Source of the DNA: an uncultured Chloroflexia bacterium | GTDB lineage: Bacteria > Chloroflexota > Limnocylindria > Limnocylindrales > CSP1-4 | Direction of reading: 5' to 3' | Assembly (NCBI GenBank): GCA_963721655.1 | Contig: CAVRKH010000001.1 | Coordinates: 169,411-233,410 of the forward strand | DNA length: 64,000 nt | Shown: one piece after another, positions 18,685 through 29,305 of the stretch | Position numbering within the stretch: the first letter of the stretch is position 1 | Layout: each line of letters begins with the position of its first letter | Notes under the pieces: generated by a model | The model's input: the letters and a program-made list of their open reading frames with translations, nothing else | Databases searched by the model: none | Told to the model about the DNA's origin: nothing | Translations under genes and position numbers: made by a program

Positions 18685-19425
18685 ATGTTGAGCGGCGTGC
18701 CCGGAGGACCAGGCGGCACGGCGCCACGGATCCTCATCGTCGACGACGATCCGAACCTGCTCGTCCTGCTCGCCGAGCAGCTCCGCTCCGACGGCTACGA
18801 GATCGCCACGGCTCGTGACGGGGAGGAGGCCCTCCGCCGCCTCCAGGCGAGCTGGCCGGACCTCCTGATCATCGACATGATGATGCCGCGCATGGACGGC
18901 CTGTCCCTCGCGCGCGAGATCAAGTCACGCGCGGACCTCCCGATCATCGTGCTGTCGGCGATCGATGCCAGCGATTCGAAGGCGGACCTTCTCGAGGAGG
19001 TCGCCGAGGACTACATCACCAAGCCGTATCACTACCCGGAGCTCCGGGCGCGCATCAACCGGGTGATGCGTCGCCTCGGCGACAAGGTTCCCCGCCAGAG
19101 CCTCGTCCTCGGGCCGGACCTCACGCTCGACCTGTACCGCCGCGAGGCCACCGTCGGCGAGACCACCGTCCAGCTGACGCCGACCGAATCGCGTCTGCTC
19201 TATGCGCTTGCCGCGAACATCGGCCAGACCGTCTCGACGGAGACGCTCCTCGTCCGGGGCTGGGCCGAGACCGAGGACGCCGACCCCTCGTATGTCTGGG
19301 TCACGATGCGCCGTCTGCGCCAGAAGATCGAGGTCGACGCAAACCGTCCGAAGCATCTCGTGACGGTCCGTGGCGTCGGCTATCGACTCCTCCGGTCGAA
19401 CGGCGAGAACGGCGCCGATGGATGA
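18685..19425 (+). CDS. OmpR/KdpE-family response regulator
   Basis: ILIVDDD, LIIDMMMP, DYITKPY; winged helix LTPTE..RRLRQKIE..TVRGVGYR. Confidence 0.93.
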   Translation: MLSGVPGGPGGTAPRILIVDDDPNLLVLLAEQLRSDGYEIATARDGEEALRRLQASWPDLLIIDMMMPRMDGLSLAREIKSRADLPIIVLSAIDASDSKADLLEEVAEDYITKPYHYPELRARINRVMRRLGDKVPRQSLVLGPDLTLDLYRREATVGETTVQLTPTESRLLYALAANIGQTVSTETLLVRGWAETEDADPSYVWVTMRRLRQKIEVDANRPKHLVTVRGVGYRLLRSNGENGADG

Positions 19426-20828
19426 CCCCGGCGCCGAACCAGCCGAGGGCCGCGGCCTCTCGTTTCGCACCCGCCTGACCGCCGCCCTCGTCGGAACGGC
19501 GGTGGTGCCGCTGTCCGTGTTCGGGCTCGTTGCGTACCTCACGAATGCCTTCGATCCGACCGTCGGGCGGCTCCTCCTGTTCGCCCTGGTCGTGACGATC
19601 CTCATCGCGATCCTCTTCTCCTACCTCGTCGCCACCGATCTCACCCGCCCATTGCGGACGATCGCGTCGGCCGTCGATCGCGTGTCGGCCGGCGACCTGT
19701 CGACGCCCATCCAGGTCCCGGGCGACGACGAGCTGGCGCGCCTCGCCGAGAGCCACAACCGCCTGGCCGCGGACCTCGACCGCCGCGATCGCGAAGTGGC
19801 GCAGATCAACGCGGCGATTTCGGACGTCTCGGTCCGCGACGGCGCCGCGATTCCTGGTGGCACGCGGGGCGGCCGAGGCAAAACGGATCTTCGACCTGGC
19901 GGAGGCCCGCCTGCTCCTGGGCGACCCGGACGACTTTCCCGTCGAGGAGGTGGTGCCCGGCGAGATGCGCCCGCTCCGTGCGGTCCTGCGGGCCGGCGAC
20001 GAGTCGATCGGGCTGCTCCTGGGTCGCATGCCGCCACTCCGGCCCTGGGCTCGCGCCGATCAGGACCTGCTCGAGCTGTTCGCCAGCGAGATCGCCGTCG
20101 CGATCCGCAACGCCGAGCTCTACGAACGCGTCGAGGCGCAGAACGCCCAGCTCCTCGAGCTCGACGCGGCGAAGGACGACTTCCTGCGCGGGGTCAGCCA
20201 CAACCTGCAGACGCCGCTGACGAGCATCCGGGCGCACGCGGACCAGCTGCGGCGCGACCGAGATGATCGTCGGCTGGAGGTCATCGAGGAACAGGCCGAC
20301 CGGCTGTCACGCATGGTCCGCCAGCTCCTCACCGTGACCCGGCTCGAGTCGGGCGCGCTGCGTCCGCGTCTCGAGGTCGTGAGCCTTGCTGCCCGAACCA
20401 GGCGAGCCTGGGAGGCGCTCGCCGCCGAGGTGCCCTTCCGGCTCGACGACGATGCCGAGGGCTGGCTGGCGATCGGCGACGCCGACCAGCTCGACCAGGT
20501 GCTGTGGGCCCTCCTCGACAACGCGGTCAAGTACGGGCGCGGCACGCCGATCGACGTGGCGATCGTCCCGGACCCGAATACGAATCGGCTGCGCCTGACG
20601 ATCGTTGACAACGGACCGGGCGTCCCGGAGCAGGACCGCGAGCGTCTCTTCGGCCGCTTCGTGCGGGGGAACGAGACCACGCCGGACGAGGGCAGCGGCC
20701 TCGGGCTGTTCGTCTCTCGCGAGCTGTGCCGTGCGATGGGCGGCGACCTCGTCCTCGAGCCGGCCGACGAGAGCCGCGGCGCGGCCTTCAGCGTCTACCT
20801 GCCCGCGGAGCTCGCCGAGGAACTCTGA
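19418..20828 (+). CDS. Membrane sensor histidine kinase (2 TM, HAMP, GAF-like, HisKA, HATPase); frameshift ~19850
   Basis: HAMP TRPLR..GDL..DELARLA; VSHNLQTPLTSI H-box; LLDNAVKY, DNGPG and GSGLGL. Confidence 0.9.
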
Positions 20829-20988
20829 CCGGGTCGGTCTGGGAGGGTTGGCCCAGCTGGCGATGGGACAAAGGTACTAAGCGACGGTGCCGCGAGGCAG
20901 CATTGCAAGGTTGCCTGAAATGTCACTGACACAGGATCGTAGCGAGTCGCCCAGACACCAAGTCAGGGCTTCACCGCCGGGGAACCAT

Positions 20989-21882
20989 ATGAAACCTCCC
21001 GACTCGCGGGTGCGCCTGCGCGCACCCCGTTCCGTGCAGCCGCGCCCTCATCATCATTCGCGCGGCCAGGCACTCGTGGAACTCGCCGTCATTTCGGTCG
21101 TGCTGTTGCTGCTGCTCGCCACAGTCATCGACTTCGGGCGGCTCTTCTACACGCAGATCACCGTCGAGAACAGCGCCCGCGCGGGTGCTCTCGTCGCATC
21201 TCGTGAACCGAACTCATTCACGGGCGATTGCCCGAACGTCTCCGCATCGAACAAGATCGGCTGCGCCATCGCCGCCGAGTGGCGCGGATCGGCAATCTCG
21301 ATCCCTGCCACGGAGATCGCCGTCAGCTGTGAGGACGGCAGCGGAACCACACAGGCCTGCGCGGCGACACCTCAAGCCGGCATCAGATCTCGGGTCTCGA
21401 TCGAGAAGGGCTTCGGGTTTGTGATGCCCATCCTCTCGATCGCCTTCCCGGGTGGCGGCCTGACGATTGGCGCGAGCGTGACCGCCGATCAGCAATCGCT
21501 GCCGCCGCCGGTCACGGCCCTCCCGACACCGACCGCGACGCCTGCTCCAACGCCAACGCCGACACCGACCCCGTCCCCGAGCCCGACACCGACCGGTACA
21601 CCCTCGGCATCTCCAACGCCGACACCGACCCCGTCCCCGAGTCCGACACCGACACCCTGCGCGCCAGGGTTCGCACCCATGCCAAACCTCGTTGTCGGTG
21701 AGACGCCCGGCTCGTCCGAGACGGTCAGTGAAGCTCGACTCGAGTGGCAGACGGCCGGATTCCAGCCGAACAACTTCACCCCAAAGAACGGTCAGACCAA
21801 CAAGATCGTCCTCACGCAGGACACGACCGTCGGGCAGTGCTACGCCACCGCCTCGGCAACGGTCACGGTGACCCACTCATGA
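20989..21882 (+). CDS. TadE-like pseudopilin with Pro/Thr linker and PASTA-like C-terminal domain
   Basis: RGQALVELA prepilin motif, IDFGR..AR.GA; (PT)n linker; MPNLV...W..AGF..VLTQD. Confidence 0.8.
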   Translation: MKPPDSRVRLRAPRSVQPRPHHHSRGQALVELAVISVVLLLLLATVIDFGRLFYTQITVENSARAGALVASREPNSFTGDCPNVSASNKIGCAIAAEWRGSAISIPATEIAVSCEDGSGTTQACAATPQAGIRSRVSIEKGFGFVMPILSIAFPGGGLTIGASVTADQQSLPPPVTALPTPTATPAPTPTPTPTPSPSPTPTGTPSASPTPTPTPSPSPTPTPCAPGFAPMPNLVVGETPGSSETVSEARLEWQTAGFQPNNFTPKNGQTNKIVLTQDTTVGQCYATASATVTVTHS

Positions 21883-22328
21883 GCCGCCAGCGTTCGCGAA
21901 TGCGCGGGCAAGGGCTCGTGGAATTCGCCCTCGTCCTGCCGGTGTTCATGGTCCTTGTATTCGGCATGATCGACGGCGGTAGGGCGATCTTCGCCTTCAA
22001 CCAGATGTCGCAGATCAGTCGGAATGTCGCCCGGGTTGCAAGCACGGCGTGCTTCTCGACGACACCGGCGTGTGACCGCGACTCGGGCGCCATCGCCGCG
22101 GCGATCAGCACGCAGGCGGCGGGCTACCAGTCCCCTGTTGTGTGGTCTGTCAGCTGTATCAACCCAGCCACCAAGGCGGCGCCCACGAACACCGGGTCCG
22201 ACTTCTGCAAGGTCGGCTACCTGGTCCGTGTGACCGCCTCGTCGTCCTTCGGCTTCATCACCCCCGTGGCCAGCTCGTTCGGTCCGGTGAACGTCGGATC
22301 GAGCACCGATCAGGAGATCCTCCAGTGA
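21879..22328 (+). CDS. TadE/TadF-like pseudopilin
   Basis: RGQGLVEFALVLP..GMIDGGR motif. Confidence 0.85.
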   Translation: MSRQRSRMRGQGLVEFALVLPVFMVLVFGMIDGGRAIFAFNQMSQISRNVARVASTACFSTTPACDRDSGAIAAAISTQAAGYQSPVVWSVSCINPATKAAPTNTGSDFCKVGYLVRVTASSSFGFITPVASSFGPVNVGSSTDQEILQ

Positions 22329-23257
22329 AGGCCATCGACATGATCGGCAGCCTCGGGCGTGTTCAGAGGCGGCGCCGACAGGAACGGGGCCAGGTGCTCG
22401 TCCTCTTCGCGTTGATGCTGATCGTGCTCCTCGCAAGCGCGGGTCTCGTCATCGATCTCGGCAGTTCGTGGGCACAGGTCCGATCGGAGCAGAAGGTTGC
22501 CGACGTCGCGGCCCTCGCCGGCGCGACGGCGGAGGCGAACGGTGCGACGCGGGCGCAGATCATCCAGGCAGCCCTGGACTCAGCCGTGGCCAACGGGTTC
22601 GATGCCACCGAAGTCGCCGTGAATATTCCGCCGACCACCGGCGCGTATGCGCCCGGCGGCTCGGCTTCAGGTCCTCTGAGCTCGAATGACTGCAGCTCCG
22701 CGGCACAGTACCCGTGCTGGGTCGAGGTCAAGATCACCCGACCGCACGAGAACTCCTTCAGCCGAGTGCTCGGCTTCGAGTCCTTCGGCTCGGCGGCGCG
22801 TGGCGTCGCGGTCGGCGGCGTCGCGAACGCCGTTCAGGTCGGGCTGTCGCCGATCATGTTCAATTACAAGGCGCTCCAGGAGCACGGGACGACGCCGTTC
22901 GTCTACTGCGATCCCCACCCAAGCAAATGCTCGCCGAACTCATCCTGGCCGCTGTTGGGTGACCAGTTCGCATGGACGACGTTCTGCATGAGCAACGCGA
23001 ACTGCAACGTCAATTCCGCTGAGGCCAAGGGGATCATCGAGGGCGGCAACTTCCAGGTCACCGTCACCCTCGGGATGTACCTCGGCCCGCACAACAACGG
23101 ACAAAAGACCTCGGTCTGCAAGGCGCTGCTCGACCAATATCCGAACGGCGCGGATCTGCCTGTCGCCATCAATGACGACAACGGCAATCTCGTCGGCTTC
23201 TGGATCTGGCATCTCGACTCCGCGAACAGCAACTGCCAGGGCCAGGACGGTGAGCAA
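22325..23257 (+). CDS. TadG-like Flp pilus assembly protein, 3'-truncated at the segment junction
   Basis: ERGQVLVLFAL..GLVIDLG..QKVADVAALAGA motif. Confidence 0.8.
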
Positions 23258-23929
23258 AGTACCACGGCGGTGTCGAGGTGGCCGACGTCAACGACGAGAA
23301 CCTCGAGGCGATCGAGAAGGGCATGGGCGCGACCGCGCCACCTCCACAACATCCGCAACGTCTATGGCGTGCCGTGCGTGGTGGCCGTCAACCGGTTCCC
23401 GAGCGACACCGATGCCGAGGTCGCGAAGGTCGTCGTGCTGGTCGCCGCCGAGGGCGTGGAGGCGTATCCCGCGACGCACTTCGCCGACGGGTCTGCCGGG
23501 GCGACGCCGCTCGCCGAGGGTCTGCTGCGCATGCTGGACGAGCCGTCGCCGTACGAGTTCTCGTTCACCTACGACGACGAGCAGAACCTCACCGAGAAGG
23601 TCGAGACCATCGCGACTCGCCTGTACGGCGCGGCCGAGGTCACCTGGGACCCCAAGGCTCGGCGCCGCCTGCGTCAGATCGAGGGCGACGGCTACAGCCA
23701 CCTCCCAGTCTGCGTGGCCAAGACGCAGTACTCCTTCTCGACCAGCGCCGCCTCACGCGGTGCACCGCTCGGTCACGCGCTGCACGTACGCGAGGTCAGA
23801 CTGTCGGCCGGCGCGGGCTTCGTGGTCCTGGTCTGCGGTGACGTGATGACGATGCCTGGCCTGCCGAAGCAGCCGGCGGCGTCGCACATCGACATCGACG
23901 AGAACGGCGCCATCTCCGGCCTCTCCTAG
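23258..23929 (+). CDS. fhs: Formate--tetrahydrofolate ligase, C-terminal part only (5' end lost at junction; frameshift ~23330)
   Basis: KYHGG..ENLEAIEKG, VVAVNRF, PVCVAKTQYSFS and SAGAGFVV..GDVMTMPGLPK..IDID. Confidence 0.9.
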   Translation, partial: STTAVSRWPTSTTRTSRRSRRAWARPRHLHNIRNVYGVPCVVAVNRFPSDTDAEVAKVVVLVAAEGVEAYPATHFADGSAGATPLAEGLLRMLDEPSPYEFSFTYDDEQNLTEKVETIATRLYGAAEVTWDPKARRRLRQIEGDGYSHLPVCVAKTQYSFSTSAASRGAPLGHALHVREVRLSAGAGFVVLVCGDVMTMPGLPKQPAASHIDIDENGAISGLS

Positions 23930-23939
23930 CTCCGCCCGC

Positions 23940-23995
23940 GAATTGCGGGAAGGTCGCCGCCCCAGGGCGTGTCGGCCGAACCTTTCCCGCAATTC
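23940..23995. repeat. REP-like palindrome, copy 1
   Basis: GAATTGCGGGAAGGT...ACCTTTCCCGCAATTC with GGCGTGTCGG in the spacer; between convergent genes. Confidence 0.75.
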
Positions 23996-24001
23996 CGAGC
24001 A

Positions 24002-25042
24002 CTACGCGGTGCAGGGGCCCTCCCAGAGGTTGATGCCCGAGTCGACGGCGTACTCGTCGATTGCTGCCAGCTCGTCCTCGGAGAAAGTCGAGGTTGTCGA
24101 GCGCCGCGACGTTCTCCTCGAGCTGGCTTGACGCTGCTCGCGCCGATCACGAGCGACGTCATCCGCTCGTCGCGCAACGCCCACGCCAGCGCCAGCTGCG
24201 CGAGCGACTGACCGCGCTTCTCGGCGATCTCGTTGAGGCCGCGAACGCGGGCGAGGTTCTCCTCGTTGAGGAAGTCCTTGTCGATGGTCGCGTTGGCAGC
24301 GGCGGCTCGCGAGCCGTCCGGGATGCCGTCGAGGTACTTGCTGGTGAGCATCCCCTGCGCCAGCACGGTGAATGCGATGCAGCCCGCACCGACCTCGTCC
24401 ACCGCGTCGAGCAGCTCAGGCTCGATCCAGCGGTTGAGCATCGAGTACGACGGCTGATGGATCAGCAGCGGCGTCCCGAGGTCCTTCAGGATCGCCGCGG
24501 CCTCGCGGGTTCGCTCGTCGGAGTACGACGAGATGCCGACGTAGAGCGCCTTGCCCTGACGCACGGCGGTGTCGAGGGCGCCCATCGTCTCCTCGAGCGG
24601 GGTGTCCGGGTCGAAGCGGTGGCTGTAGAAGATGTCGACGTAGTCCAGGCCCATCCGCTGCAGCGAGTCGTCGAGGCTGGACAGCAGGTACTTGCGCGAG
24701 CCCAGGTCGCCGTACGGGCCCGGCCACATGTCCCAGCCGGCCTTGGTCGAGATGACCAGCTCGTTGCGGTACGGCTTGAGGTCCTCGGCCACGATGCGGC
24801 CGAAGTTGACCTCCGCAGACACCGTACGGCGGGCCGTAGTTGTTGGCCAGGTCGAAGTGCGTGATGCCGAGGTCGAAAGCGCGGTGGATGGTCGCGCGCT
24901 GGGTGTCGAGCAGGCGGTCGTCGCCGAAGTTCTGCCAGAGGCCGAGCGACAGCAGCGGCAGCTGGAGTCCGCTGCGACCGCAGCGGCGGTAGGTCATCGA
25001 GTCGTAGCGCGTGTCAGCGGCTTGATAGGTCACGCTCACCAT
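24002..25042 (-). CDS. Aldo/keto reductase, L-glyceraldehyde-3-phosphate reductase (YghZ/MgrA) type; frameshifts ~24820 and ~24125
   Basis: YRRCGRSGLQLP..LGLWQNFG, THFDLANNYGPP, ISTKAGWDMWPGPYG and IHQPSYSM. Confidence 0.92.
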
Positions 25043-25236
25043 CCTGCCGGAGACAACTCGGCGTTTCAGACGAGCCCTACGCCGTGGACACCACGGGCGA
25101 TCTGGCCTGAGTTGCGGTGTTGGTGGTGGACGCGCACCAGATGCCGGGAGCGGCGCAGGTCGCTCGGAAGGGGAAACTTTTCCCCAGCGAGACCCCTGGA
25201 CGGGGTACCCCTGACGCTGACCCATGGACGGCACGC

Positions 25237-25524
25237 ATGCTCCAGTCACACCACACACCTCCCCTCGAACCCAACGCGCTCGCGGAGTCGGTCCTGGCCG
25301 CCGCCCATCGGCGCGACCACGCCCACACCGGCACCCACAATCCGTGCCGTCCCCATGTCGTCGAGGTCGTCCACCTCGGCAGCCAGGCGGTGATGGTCTG
25401 CCACGACTGCCTCGAGGACTCCGGCTTCGTCGCGCATCGCCATGCCGAACACCTCGCCGCTGAGCACCAGCTGCTGACGACGATGGCCACCGTCACCCCG
25501 CTGGCCAGGTCCGACCTGCGCTGA
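25237..25524 (+). CDS. Small His/Cys-rich hypothetical protein (paralog 1)
   Basis: LAAAHRRDH..C.PHVVEVVHLG..VCHDC..DSGF..HR.AE; homolog at 33362-33628. Confidence 0.75.
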   Translation: MLQSHHTPPLEPNALAESVLAAAHRRDHAHTGTHNPCRPHVVEVVHLGSQAVMVCHDCLEDSGFVAHRHAEHLAAEHQLLTTMATVTPLARSDLR

Positions 25525-25592
25525 CCGCCGCGACGGGCGTCGATGCGACCGCCGGCCCGTTCGGTGGCGCTGCAGGGCAGGATGGTCGGACG

Positions 25593-28134
25593 ATGTCCGA
25601 TCCCGCCGTCCCGCCGCTCGTCGGAGCGCATGCCGTCCGACCCGACGCCCGACGCCGTCTACGACGCGTTCGAGGACTGGGCGTCGACGCAGGGGCTGAA
25701 CGCTCTACCCCGCCCAGAGCCGAGGCGCTGATCGAGCTCGTCGACGACGCGAACGTCATCCTGGCCACGCCGACCGGGTCCGGGAAGAGCCTGGTCGCCG
25801 CCGGCGCACACTTCGCCGCGCTGGCCCACGGCCGGCGCAGCTACTACACCGCACCGATCAAGGCGCTGGTGTCGGAGAAGTTCTTCGCGCTCTGCGACAT
25901 GTTCGGTGCCGACAACGTCGGGATGCTGACCGGTGACGCCGCGGTGAACCCGACGGCGCCGATCATCACCGCGACGGCCGAGGTGCTCGCCAACGTGGCG
26001 CTGCGCGAGGGTGCCGACGCCGACATCGGCCTGGTCGTGATGGACGAGTTCCACTTCTACGCCGACCCGGACCGCGGCTGGGCGTGGCAGGTGCCGCTGC
26101 TCGAGCTGACCGGCGCGCAGTTCCTGCTGATGTCGGCGACGCTCGGCGACATGACCCGCTTCCGCGACGACCTGGCGCGCAGGACCGGTCGGCGTACGAC
26201 GGTGGTGGCGTCGGCCGAGCGACCGGTCCCGTTGCACTTCTCCTACGTCACCACGCCGATCCACGAGACGCTGGAGGAGCTGCTGACGACGCACCAGGCG
26301 CCGGTCTACGTCGTCCACTTCACCCAGGCCGAGGCGATCGAGCGGGCGCAGGCGCTGTCGAGCCTGAAGGTCGCGACCCGCGAGGAGCGCGACCAGATCG
26401 CGGCGCTGATCGGCGACTTCCGGTTCACCGCCGGCTTCGGCCGCACGCTTGAGCAGGCTGATCCGGATGGGGATCGGCGTGCACCATGCCGGGATGCTGC
26501 CGCGCTACCGGCGCCTGGTCGAGACGCTCGCGCAGGCCGGTCTGCTCAAGGTGATCTGCGGCACCGACACCCTCGGCGTCGGCATCAACGTCCCGATCCG
26601 CACCGTGGTCCTCACCGGCCTCGCCAAGTACGACGGCGTCCGGGTGCGGCACCTGCGGGCGCGCGAGTTCCACCAGGTCGCCGGCCGGGCCGGACGCGCC
26701 GGGTTCGACACGCTCGGCAGCGTCGTCGTCCAGGCGCCGGAGCACGAGGTCGAGAACGCCCGGCTGGTCCGCAAGGCCGGCGACGACCCGAAGAAGCTGC
26801 GGCGCGTGCAGCGCAAGAAGCCGCCCGAGGGGTTCGTGAACTGGGGTGACAAGACGTTCGAGCGGCTGGTCGCGGCGGAGCCGGAGCCGCTCACCTCGAG
26901 CTTCGCCGTCACGCACTCGATGCTGCTCAACGTGATCGCCCGGCCGGGTGACCCGTTCGCGGCGATGCGACGGCTGCTGACCGACAACCACGAGGACGAG
27001 GCCGCGCAGCGCCGCCACATCCGGCATGCCGTCGCGATCGCGCGGTCCCTGCTGGCCGGTGACGTGGTCGAGCGGCTGGATCCGCCCGGTGCGGACGGCC
27101 GTGGCGTCCGGCTCACCGTCGATCTGCAGCCGAGCTTCGCGCTCGACCAGCCTCTGTCGGCGTTCGCGATCGCCACCCTGGGTCTGCTCGACCAGGACTC
27201 GCCCACCTACGCGCTCGACGTCGTGTCCGTCATCGAGGCGACGCTGGAGGATCCGCGCCAGGTGATCGCGGCGCAGCTCAACAAGGCCCGCGGTGAAGCG
27301 GTCGCCGCGATGAAGTCCGAGGGCATCGAGTACGACGAGCGGATCGAGCTGCTCGACGACGTGACCCATCCGCAGCCGCTGGCCGAGCTGCTCGAGGCGG
27401 CGTACGAGACCTATCGCACCGGCCATCCCTGGGTTGCCGACCACGCGCTGCGCCCGAAGTCGGTGGTCCGCGACATGTACGAGCGGGCGATGACGTTCGT
27501 GGAGTACGTCGGCTTCTACGGGCTGGCCCGGTCCGAGGGACTGGTGCTGCGCTACCTCACCGACGCCTACCGGGCGCTGCGTCGCACCGTCCCGGAGTCG
27601 GCTCGCAACGAGGAGCTCGAGGACTTCATCGCGTGGCTCGGTGAGCTGACCCGGCAGGTCGACTCGTCGCTGCTCGACGAGTGGGAGAAGCTCGCGGCCG
27701 GCGACGACCTGACCGCAGCCGACCTGGTGCGGCCGCCGCTGGACACCGAGATCCGCCCGGTGACGGGCAACCCGCGCGCGTTCCGGGTGCTGGTCCGCAA
27801 CGCGATGTTCCGTCGGGTGGAGCTCGCCGCCCGGCGCGACTGGGCCGCGCTCGCCGAGCTGGACTCCGAGGCGGGCTGGTCCGCCGACGACTGGCGGGAA
27901 GGCTTGGCGGCGTACTGGGACGAGCACGACGTGCTGCTCACCGACGCGGACGCCCGAGGGCCGGGGCTGCTTGTCGTCGACGAGACCTCCGAGCCCGGCG
28001 CCTGGCGGGTGCGCCAGATCCTGCACGACCCGGAGGGGTTCCACGACTGGGCGCTGCTGGCGACCGTCGACCTCGCGGCGTCCGACGAGGCGGGCTACGC
28101 CGTCGTGCGACTCGACGAGATCACCGGAGGCTGA
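25593..28134 (+). CDS. Ski2-like DEAD/DEAH-box helicase with DUF3516-type C-terminus (frameshifts ~25700 and ~26450)
   Basis: TPTGSGKS, APIKAL, MDEFH, MSATLG, HHAGMLPRYR and QVAGRAGRAG. Confidence 0.92.
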
Positions 28135-28138
28135 CCGG

Positions 28139-28897
28139 GTGCGCCTGGCCACCTTCAACGTCCTGCACGGTCGCTCCCTCGCGGACGACCGGGTGGACAG
28201 GGAGCGGTTCGCCGAGGCGATCGCGAGCCTGGACGCCGACGTGCTCGCACTCCAAGAGGTCGACCGTGGCCAGGAGCGCTCGCACCGCCTCGACCTGACG
28301 GCGGTGGCGGCGGAGGCGATGGGGGCGACCGACTTCCGCTTCGCGGCCGCGATGACCGGGCGGCCGGACGGCTCCTGGCGGCCGGCCACGGGTGGTGAGC
28401 CCGATGACGCCGCGCTCTACGGCGTCGCGTTGCTGTCCCGCTATCCCGTACGCCGATGGGACGTGGTCCGGCTGCCCGCCCTACCGGTCTCCGTGCCGTA
28501 CCGGTTCACGGGTCAGCGTCGGCCGAGCCTGGTCCGCGACGAGGCCCGGGTCGCGGTGATGGCCCGGGTCGGAGCTCCGCTCGGTGAGGTCACCGTGGTG
28601 GCGACGCACCTGTCGTTCCTCCCCGGGTGGAACGACGTCCAGCTGCGCCTGCTGATGCGTCGGATCCGGCATACGTCAGGGCCGGTCGTGCTGATGGGCG
28701 ACCTCAACATGGGTCCGACCCACGCCCGCCGAGTGACCCGGCTCCAGTCCCTCGGAAGTGCGGACACGTTCCCGGCAGCCGCGCCCGAGCGGCAGATCGA
28801 CCACGTGCTCGCCCGTGACGTCCCGGGACGACCGAGCAGCAGTGCGGTGACCTTGAATGTGTCAGACCATGCCGCCCTCGTCGTCGACCTGACATGA
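28139..28897 (+). CDS. Endonuclease/exonuclease/phosphatase family protein
   Basis: LATFNVLHG, ALQEVD, ATHL, MGDLN, QIDHV and SDH. Confidence 0.9.
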   Translation: MRLATFNVLHGRSLADDRVDRERFAEAIASLDADVLALQEVDRGQERSHRLDLTAVAAEAMGATDFRFAAAMTGRPDGSWRPATGGEPDDAALYGVALLSRYPVRRWDVVRLPALPVSVPYRFTGQRRPSLVRDEARVAVMARVGAPLGEVTVVATHLSFLPGWNDVQLRLLMRRIRHTSGPVVLMGDLNMGPTHARRVTRLQSLGSADTFPAAAPERQIDHVLARDVPGRPSSSAVTLNVSDHAALVVDLT

Positions 28898-28904
28898 TCG
28901 GCAC

Positions 28905-29231
28905 ATGGAGGTCGCCTCGATCCACGCCCTGGCCGATGAACAGCTCGCCACCGCCGGCGCATCCCCGAGCGGCCGCAGCGCCGTCCGGGTGTACGGCCGG
29001 CCCTCGGCCCGGCTCCGTCAGACCTTGCTGGCGCTCGACGCCGGTCAGACGATGGGCGAGCACAAGAGCCCAGGAGACGCGTCGCTGCTCTGCCTGCGCG
29101 GCAGGGTGATCCTGCGTGCCGGCGGCACCAGCGTCGAGCTCGGTCCGAACGACCTGCTCGCCCTGCCGCCCCAGCGCCACGACATCGAGGCGCTCGAGCC
29201 CTCCGCACTCCTCCTCACCGTCTCCCACTGA
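28905..29231 (+). CDS. Cupin-domain protein
   Basis: LRQTLLAL..EHKSPG.ASL.CL.G..RHDIEALE..LLLTV. Confidence 0.8.
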   Translation: MEVASIHALADEQLATAGASPSGRSAVRVYGRPSARLRQTLLALDAGQTMGEHKSPGDASLLCLRGRVILRAGGTSVELGPNDLLALPPQRHDIEALEPSALLLTVSH

Positions 29232-29237
29232 CTCTCC

Positions 29238-29294
29238 GAATGCGGGAAAGTGCAGGACGGCACCGGCGTGTCGGGAGCACCTTTCCCGCAATTC
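29238..29294. repeat. REP-like palindrome, copy 2
   Basis: GAATGCGGGAAAGT...GGCGTGTCGG...ACCTTTCCCGCAATTC; same family as 23940-23995. Confidence 0.75.
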
Positions 29295-29305
29295 GCGGCG
29301 CGCGG

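Noticed and set aside
22142-23929. Apparent TadG-Fhs fusion protein (595 aa)
   Set aside because: Both halves are truncated and meet at a segment junction; the shared frame also depends on an indel
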